Below are positions 58,750 to 64,000 of a stretch of 64,000 bases of DNA, piece by piece. Numbering within the stretch: position 1 is the first letter of the stretch; the number at the start of each line of letters is the position of its first letter. This DNA is from an uncultured bacterium (lineage in GTDB: Bacteria > Bacillota_I > Bacilli_A > RFN20 > CAG-826): contig CASDRB010000008.1 in assembly GCA_949283025.1 (NCBI GenBank), positions 85 to 64,084 of the forward strand, read 5' to 3'. The position numbers and the translations under genes were made by a program. The notes beneath the pieces are model-generated. The model saw only the letters and a list, made by a program, of their open reading frames with translations. It was not told the DNA's origin and searched no databases.

Positions 58750-60039
58750 ATGATTGAAAGAAACGACTATTTGAAGCAGTTAATCTCAAAAAAGGAAAAT
58801 GGGATGATTAAGGTCATCACAGGTATTCGTCGATGTGGCAAAAGCACTCTACTTTTTGGAATATATCATAATTACCTTAAGTCGATTGGTATCAATTCCG
58901 ATCAAATCATTGAATTATCGCTAGATGATGATGAAAATATACGCTATCGAAACCCTTTAGAACTCGGAAAAATAATCCGTAGTTTTCTTATTGATGAAAA
59001 TAAAATTTACTATGTGTTTTTAGATGAAATACAAAAGGTCAAAACCATTAAAAACCCTTATCTAGATGGTGAAACTGTGGGGTTCGTCGACGTATTGCTT
59101 GGTTTAATGAAAAAGAAAAACGTTGACTTATATGTCACTGGAAGCAATTCTAAAATGCTTTCGACAGATATTCTTACCGAATTCAGGGGAAGAGGGGACG
59201 AAATTCGTGTCCATCCATTAAGTTTTAAGGAATACTATAACGCCTTAGATGATAATAAAAAGAATGCCTGGGCAACCTATTTCACATATGGAGGAATGCC
59301 GTTTCTATTGTCTTTAAATACGCATCAAGAAAAGAGCAAGTATTTAAAAGATTTATTTAAAAACATTTATATTAATGACATCTTGGAACGTCAACACATC
59401 AAAAACAAGAGCTTACTGGACGATCTTTTGGATGTGGTTTCTTCTTCTACCGGTTCCCTTACTAACCCCAAAAAGATATCTGATACTTTTGCTTCTAAAA
59501 AGCAAATTAAGGTAACCGATGATACCGTAGCCCGATATCTTGATTATTTCACCGATGCCTTTTTAATAAACAAAGCTGTTCGCTATGACGTGAAAGGTAG
59601 AAAATACATAGGTTCGCCATATAAATACTATTTCACGGACATCGGTCTTAGGAATGCTCGACTCAACTTTAGACAAAACGAAGAAAACCACATCATGGAA
59701 AACATCTTGTATAACGAGCTTTGCCTTAGGGGGTTTGATGTCGATATTGGTATTGTGGAATGGAATCGCAAAGACCAAGAAGGAAAAAGTAAAAAAAGTA
59801 ACCTCGAAATCGATTTTATTGCTAGTAGTGGAAGCAAAAAATACTATATCCAATCCGCATTCTCAATAGGAGAGGAAGAAAAACGACTTCAAGAAATTCG
59901 CCCCTATAAACTCATTCAAGACTCATTTAAAAAGATAGTCGTGGTAAAAGACAATATTATCCCTTGGCATGATGAAAACGGCATTCTTTATGTTGGCATA
60001 GAGAAATTCTTGCTAGACACTACAATTATCGATTATTAA
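58750..60039 (+). CDS. AAA+ ATPase (AAA_14 plus DUF4143 type)
   Basis: Walker A GIRRCGKSTLL and Walker B YVFLDEIQ. The C-terminal half resembles the DUF4143 / PD-(D/E)xK-like module. Confidence 0.8.
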   Translation: MIERNDYLKQLISKKENGMIKVITGIRRCGKSTLLFGIYHNYLKSIGINSDQIIELSLDDDENIRYRNPLELGKIIRSFLIDENKIYYVFLDEIQKVKTIKNPYLDGETVGFVDVLLGLMKKKNVDLYVTGSNSKMLSTDILTEFRGRGDEIRVHPLSFKEYYNALDDNKKNAWATYFTYGGMPFLLSLNTHQEKSKYLKDLFKNIYINDILERQHIKNKSLLDDLLDVVSSSTGSLTNPKKISDTFASKKQIKVTDDTVARYLDYFTDAFLINKAVRYDVKGRKYIGSPYKYYFTDIGLRNARLNFRQNEENHIMENILYNELCLRGFDVDIGIVEWNRKDQEGKSKKSNLEIDFIASSGSKKYYIQSAFSIGEEEKRLQEIRPYKLIQDSFKKIVVVKDNIIPWHDENGILYVGIEKFLLDTTIIDY

Positions 60040-60421
60040 ACGCTTCAAACAATAAGACATATATAGTTTTGCATCAAGACTCGCAAAGCTTTAATAGCAA
60101 ATATTAATTAAATTAATAAACGGTGATAAACCTTGAGGTAATAAACACCATCTAATTGCTATCACATAAAATTAAAAAATACTTATGATTAAATAATCAC
60201 AAGATTAAAAAATGAGTCAAAACGACATTCATTAGACAAAAAGGTTTTTGTGCAAACTCACTACTCCTAATTGAGGGTTCACTGAGGTGCAGAACACAGT
60301 TTCATTATTCACAATTTAATCATTTTAAGGATAAAACCCATATTTTTGGCACAAAAAAAGGTTTGATCAGCGATTTTTACTGTATCAAACCCATGCTTTC
60401 AATTTGGCAATAAATAACAAT

Positions 60422-60464
60422 TTTGATGCACTTGCGACCCCCATTTACGATATGCAACCCCTGT
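60422..60464 (+). repeat. Third copy of the island-end repeat family
   Basis: TTTGATGCACTTGCGACCCCCATTTACGATATGCAACCCCTGT compares with left-end 39258..39320 TTTGATACAAAACGCGACCCCTACTAG...GATACCCCTGT. They share TTTGATRCA, GCGACCCC and ACCCCTGT in the same order. Confidence 0.7.
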
Positions 60465-60654
60465 CAATCTTTAGCAAAGTAAGTTTTGCCAAATACTTGT
60501 TCACTTAAAGGAGCATAGCTATCCAACTCATCTCTAGGATAGAGACTAAGCTATTAGATATAGTCTCAGGCTATTCTTCTACTTTCTTAACTTCATCCTT
60601 GACTTTAGGAATAAATCCCTTTTTGAAAGACCCTTTCGTCTCAAAAATAAAAAA

Positions 60655-60671
60655 GAGGCCTTAATGGTCTC
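60655..60671 (-). terminator. Rho-independent terminator after 60690..60959
   Basis: The minus strand reads GAGACC-ATTAA-GGCCTC followed by TTTTTTATTTTT. Confidence 0.6.
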
Positions 60672-60689
60672 AAATTCATTATTTTAATC

Positions 60690-60959
60690 TTATAGGCGCC
60701 TATTTAAATCTTCGTAATCAATATCATCTTGATGTTCTTTTAATTCATCCATTAAAGCCGTAAGTTTCACTAATTTAGCTTCATCTTCAGTAGATAATTT
60801 ATTTTTTTCCTTTAATCCTTGAAATCCCATCATAATAATACTGACACCCATTGCAAACTCCAATAATTCATCTTTATTAGTAATCTTAAAAGGTTCTTTA
60901 TCATCTTTTTGAATTTCTTTTATTAATTCAACTGAATCATCACTTAAGATATATGCCAT
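60690..60959 (-). CDS. Hypothetical small acidic protein
   Basis: ATG at 60959 (MAYILSDDSVELIKEIQ...). The track ORF begins at an upstream TTG. Confidence 0.5.
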   Translation of the reverse strand: MAYILSDDSVELIKEIQKDDKEPFKITNKDELLEFAMGVSIIMMGFQGLKEKNKLSTEDEAKLVKLTALMDELKEHQDDIDYEDLNRRL

Positions 60960-61179
60960 ATTCAATACCCCTAATTTGAAAATAATTGTATCAAAATTTG
61001 AATATATACACAAGAATTGCAAAATAAAAATTATTTTCTCATTTTATAATTAGTTAGAACAGCTCCTCTTCTATAAACTGTCTGCTTTATTATTACCTTA
61101 TAAGTATAAGTAAAAGATATTCACACTTACATATATAAATGTCTATTGAATTATCATCTCCTAAAGGAGGTGATTTTTT

Positions 61180-61572
61180 ATGGGATACGGCCACAGATAT
61201 TATTCTGATGCTGAGAGGGTTAAAGCCGTTAAAGGCTATATGAATGCAGGTATGCCTGTTTCTAAATATGCTGAAATAATCAAAGTTAACGCTAGAACTC
61301 TTAGAGATTGGATACGGGCTTTTAGAAGCTTTAATGGGGGGTTTATTAATATTACCAAAGCCGCGAATGATCCAAGTAAACTAGTTACTAATTACGGAAT
61401 GGAAATGGAGGTTCTTGAACCTGACTAAGTGAAAAAGAAATCTTCTAACTTCACTAGATTTGATCGTGATGTTGTCGTTATTGAGATTGGTAAAATAAAA
61501 TTAGCAACTTCTTTAGGATGTGCTAGAGAATTATTAAGTAAGGAAATTATGCTTTTTAACGTTTTGTACTAG
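61180..61572 (+). pseudogene. IS66-family TnpA-like accessory protein remnant with an in-frame TAA
   Basis: N-terminal HTH (SDAERVKAVKGYMNAGMPVSKYAEIIKVNARTLRDWIRAF), then FINITKAAN. TAA at 61426..61428 is followed in frame by ..DVVVIEIGKIKLATSLGCARELLSKEIMLF, which is typical of the TnpA C-terminus. No tnpB or tnpC is nearby. Confidence 0.45.
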
Positions 61573-61637
61573 CTAACGTATGAAATTAAGAAAATGGTAA
61601 ACTTGTTGATTTTCTTATAATATTTAGTGTTTTGTTA

Positions 61638-62426
61638 TTATTTTATCGACTCATTTTTTAAATTGGTCCCAATAAAAGGAACTTCGAAAAAATCTTTAAA
61701 ATTCTTTCTTATTATATAATCAATATAATTTCCAATTGCTAAAGCAAAGACATGATACCCCATTGGATTAGGATGGAACCCCATTGCAAACTTTTTTCTA
61801 GCTTCTTCATCATAAATGGGGCCATAATTAGTTAGATCAATTAAATATATATAAGAAAACATCTTAACTACTTTTTTCATCTCTTTAGAGACATAATAAG
61901 CCATTTCGTCTTTTTCTTTAGACAAATGATCTATTTGTAAGGATACTAAAAAAATTCTTGCGTCTTTTTGTAAAACTTTTAATTTAGATAATACTTTTCC
62001 CATATATCCAAAATATGTTTCGGGGTTATTTTCAGGGTGTAACGGGTCAATATCTTTACTACTTCCTACTTTTTGATTAAAAACATATAAATCGTTATTT
62101 CCTAAACAGACGATATATCCTTGCCTTTTTTCCCAAAATTTATTTGCATCAGCCCAAGAATCGTAAAATTCTTTAAAAGTCATTCCACCACGCGAGTAAT
62201 TATAATATTTAGTGCCAGTTAATCTTTCTAAAATAGAGGGCCAAGAATACTCATACATATCATGGTAAGAGATATTCCCATCTTTATCAGTTGATTCAAA
62301 TTCCCCACTTGATAAAGAATCACCAATTACTCCTATTTCTTTAAAAATAGATGCGAAACCACAATTTTCTTTAATAATATCGAGTGGTTTTTCATTCTTT
62401 CCAATTTCAAAAATCTTGCTATTCAT
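61638..62426 (-). CDS. SGNH/GDSL-family hydrolase
   Basis: Block I VIGDSLSSGE, block III CLGNNDL, and a C-terminal His region. Confidence 0.8.
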   Translation of the reverse strand: MNSKIFEIGKNEKPLDIIKENCGFASIFKEIGVIGDSLSSGEFESTDKDGNISYHDMYEYSWPSILERLTGTKYYNYSRGGMTFKEFYDSWADANKFWEKRQGYIVCLGNNDLYVFNQKVGSSKDIDPLHPENNPETYFGYMGKVLSKLKVLQKDARIFLVSLQIDHLSKEKDEMAYYVSKEMKKVVKMFSYIYLIDLTNYGPIYDEEARKKFAMGFHPNPMGYHVFALAIGNYIDYIIRKNFKDFFEVPFIGTNLKNESIK

Positions 62427-63849
62427 GATTTTGATTACCTCTTTTCTTATCCCATTCTAATCCAGTAACTTTTGTTAAATCTAATCCTTTAGTTTCCCCG
62501 ATTCTTCTTAACATTACAATAACAGCTCCTGCCAAACCAGGAATAGTTAAGGAGAGATAAAAATATCCAAAATACTCAACAGGAATTAAAGGGACAACAA
62601 TCATCATAATAATTGATGCAACACCACCAATAATACCATTTAAAAGTGTATTAATAACTGTAACTGAACTTCTTAAATTAGTAGGTGCTGATTCTGAAAA
62701 CATAATAGAACCAATTGTATCTCCTGCTCCCCAATAAGAACCCATAAAGCCACCTATAAAAAATCCGGTTAAGAATGGTGTCCAATTTAACATTGAAGAC
62801 GCTATAAAAAGCGAATAACAAATTAATGATGATAATCCCATGGTGATAATGGTTGTCTTTCGACCAAATTTATCGCTAATAATACCAGTTATAAAGGTAA
62901 ATAAAGCATTACCAACAGGATAAAGATATAAAGCATAAGTAATCTCTTCTTCGGTCATATGAGCACTTTCTGCCATAACTGTGTTATAACTTGAAGTTGC
63001 TAGTGAAGCAAAATAAAAGAAGATACAAGCAATGATTAGCCATCTCAATTGATGATGTTTGAAAGCAAATTTGACAGCGCTAATAATTCCACCTTGAGAA
63101 TTATTTAACTTTTCTTCTTTGCTTTTTCTTTCTCTTTCTTCAATTGGTGTTCTTAAATATTTAATTCTATTAACTAAGAAAGTATTGGTTTCTTTTGCGC
63201 ATAATAACGCGATAAAAGAAAGAGCAAAACCGATCAGTGCAGGAACTAAATAAACCAAATGCCATTTAGAAGAGATGTTTTGCATTAAAATTTCACGTAA
63301 TAAAGGAATGAGCAAAGTTCCTAAAATAGCAATCGACTTTACAAGCGAATAATTTCTTGCTCTATTTTTTTCGTTAGAACATTCTAAGATATAAACAGCT
63401 TGCATATCGTGAGAGACCATAAATCCCATAAGTGTTCCACCTATCATATAAACAACTATTTCTTGCGATAGATAAACAATAAATAAGCCTAACGCCATAC
63501 AAAATGTATTAATTACTAAGAAAGGTTTTCGTCCAAATTTATCTGCCAATGGTCGATAAAGAACCATTAAAAGAGAAACTGGGTAAGTTATAAAGCCTAG
63601 CGCTGAGAAAATGGATAACCCTTGCCCATATTCCATCCCCATATTTTGAACAAAAAATTCATTTACAATGTTAGATTGAAATTGAATTGAAATTGTTGAA
63701 GCGATTTCATCGGTGATAAAAACAAGAGATAAAATCATAAAAAGATAAATTAAATAAAATTTATTCTCTTTGAATTTTGATTGTTTTTCTCGTCTTTTAA
63801 GTTCTTTTGCTTCTTTAATTCTCAATTTTTCGTATTTAATTTGATCCAT
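62419..63849 (-). CDS. MFS transporter
   Basis: About 12 TM helices, with LADKFGRKP and SDKFGRKT loop motifs. 8 nt overlap with the downstream hydrolase. Confidence 0.85.
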   Translation of the reverse strand: MDQIKYEKLRIKEAKELKRREKQSKFKENKFYLIYLFMILSLVFITDEIASTISIQFQSNIVNEFFVQNMGMEYGQGLSIFSALGFITYPVSLLMVLYRPLADKFGRKPFLVINTFCMALGLFIVYLSQEIVVYMIGGTLMGFMVSHDMQAVYILECSNEKNRARNYSLVKSIAILGTLLIPLLREILMQNISSKWHLVYLVPALIGFALSFIALLCAKETNTFLVNRIKYLRTPIEERERKSKEEKLNNSQGGIISAVKFAFKHHQLRWLIIACIFFYFASLATSSYNTVMAESAHMTEEEITYALYLYPVGNALFTFITGIISDKFGRKTTIITMGLSSLICYSLFIASSMLNWTPFLTGFFIGGFMGSYWGAGDTIGSIMFSESAPTNLRSSVTVINTLLNGIIGGVASIIMMIVVPLIPVEYFGYFYLSLTIPGLAGAVIVMLRRIGETKGLDLTKVTGLEWDKKRGNQNHE

Positions 63850-64000
63850 TTTTGTTACCTCCGTATTGAAAATTAAAAACCATGAAATTTTTTGTCATAT
63901 TTGGTGTGATATCCATTTCTTTCCTTAAAACATTTAAAACTTCTAAAAAGCCTTCAGAAGTTGAACACCTTTCCAAAAGGGAATTCTTTTTAATCAATTT
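63836..64000 (-). CDS. C-terminal end of an unidentified protein (5' part beyond the window end)
   Basis: The minus strand is open from 64000 to TAA 63838..63836 (..KLIKKNSLLERCSTSEGFLEVLNVLRKEMDITPNMTKNFMVFNFQYGGNKNGSN). It overlaps the MFS start. Confidence 0.4.
   Translation of the reverse strand, partial: KLIKKNSLLERCSTSEGFLEVLNVLRKEMDITPNMTKNFMVFNFQYGGNKNGSN

Noticed and set aside
1-64000. Mycoplasma-type genetic code (TGA = Trp)
   Set aside because: Long ORFs are intact under the standard code and Trp positions checked use TGG. The broken genes are explained by frameshifts, not by TGA.

Overview
A very AT-rich bacterial chromosome segment. It uses the standard genetic code: TGG encodes Trp and no long ORF is broken by TGA. 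The gene content looks like an Acholeplasma-like, Mollicutes or Erysipelotrichia-type organism. Most genes are on the minus strand.

Housekeeping content:
- A nucleotide-salvage operon (upp-prs-DUF1846-hpt).
- cls, an Mrp/NBP35 ATPase and a Na/Pi cotransporter.
- A translationally coupled GT2 synthase / GH3 glycosidase pair.
- An amino-acid ABC transporter behind a lysine-riboswitch-like leader.
- A P-type Ca/Mn ATPase behind a yybP-ykoY (Mn) riboswitch.
- ogt, a CDF transporter, an MFS transporter and an SGNH hydrolase.
- Six tRNAs: Arg-TCG, Gly-CCC, Val-GAC, Thr-CGT, Leu-CAA and Leu-CAG.

Accessory and unusual content:
1. A three-gene operon of repeat-rich surface lipoproteins. Its putative promoter spacer contains a G10 homopolymer, making it a phase-variation candidate.
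2. Two sigma/anti-sigma pairs. In one pair the anti-sigma-position membrane protein carries a complete extracellular serpin domain.
3. An ~8.3 kb island next to tRNA-Leu(CAG), bracketed by inverted arrays of ~20 bp repeats. It carries a tightly packed seven-gene restriction-modification-like or defence operon. The genes are an XRE regulator, a methyltransferase-like protein lacking NPPY, an Eco57I-type N6A methyltransferase, a 1100 aa T5orf172-SF2 helicase with a Zalpha-like C-terminal winged helix, a T5orf172 protein, a DUF4177 protein and a small HEPN-like protein. This is my best candidate for an undescribed system.
4. An operon combining a degenerate ANL (adenylate-forming) fold protein, a DUF1624 membrane acyltransferase and two membrane-anchored proteins of unknown function.
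5. Several decayed genes: a uracil permease, an XRE regulator, a DUF2971 gene, an IS66-type TnpA and a CoA-transferase-like remnant.

No CRISPR array, rRNA gene, integrase or intact transposase was seen. All homology statements come from motif recognition by eye. No database searches were run.
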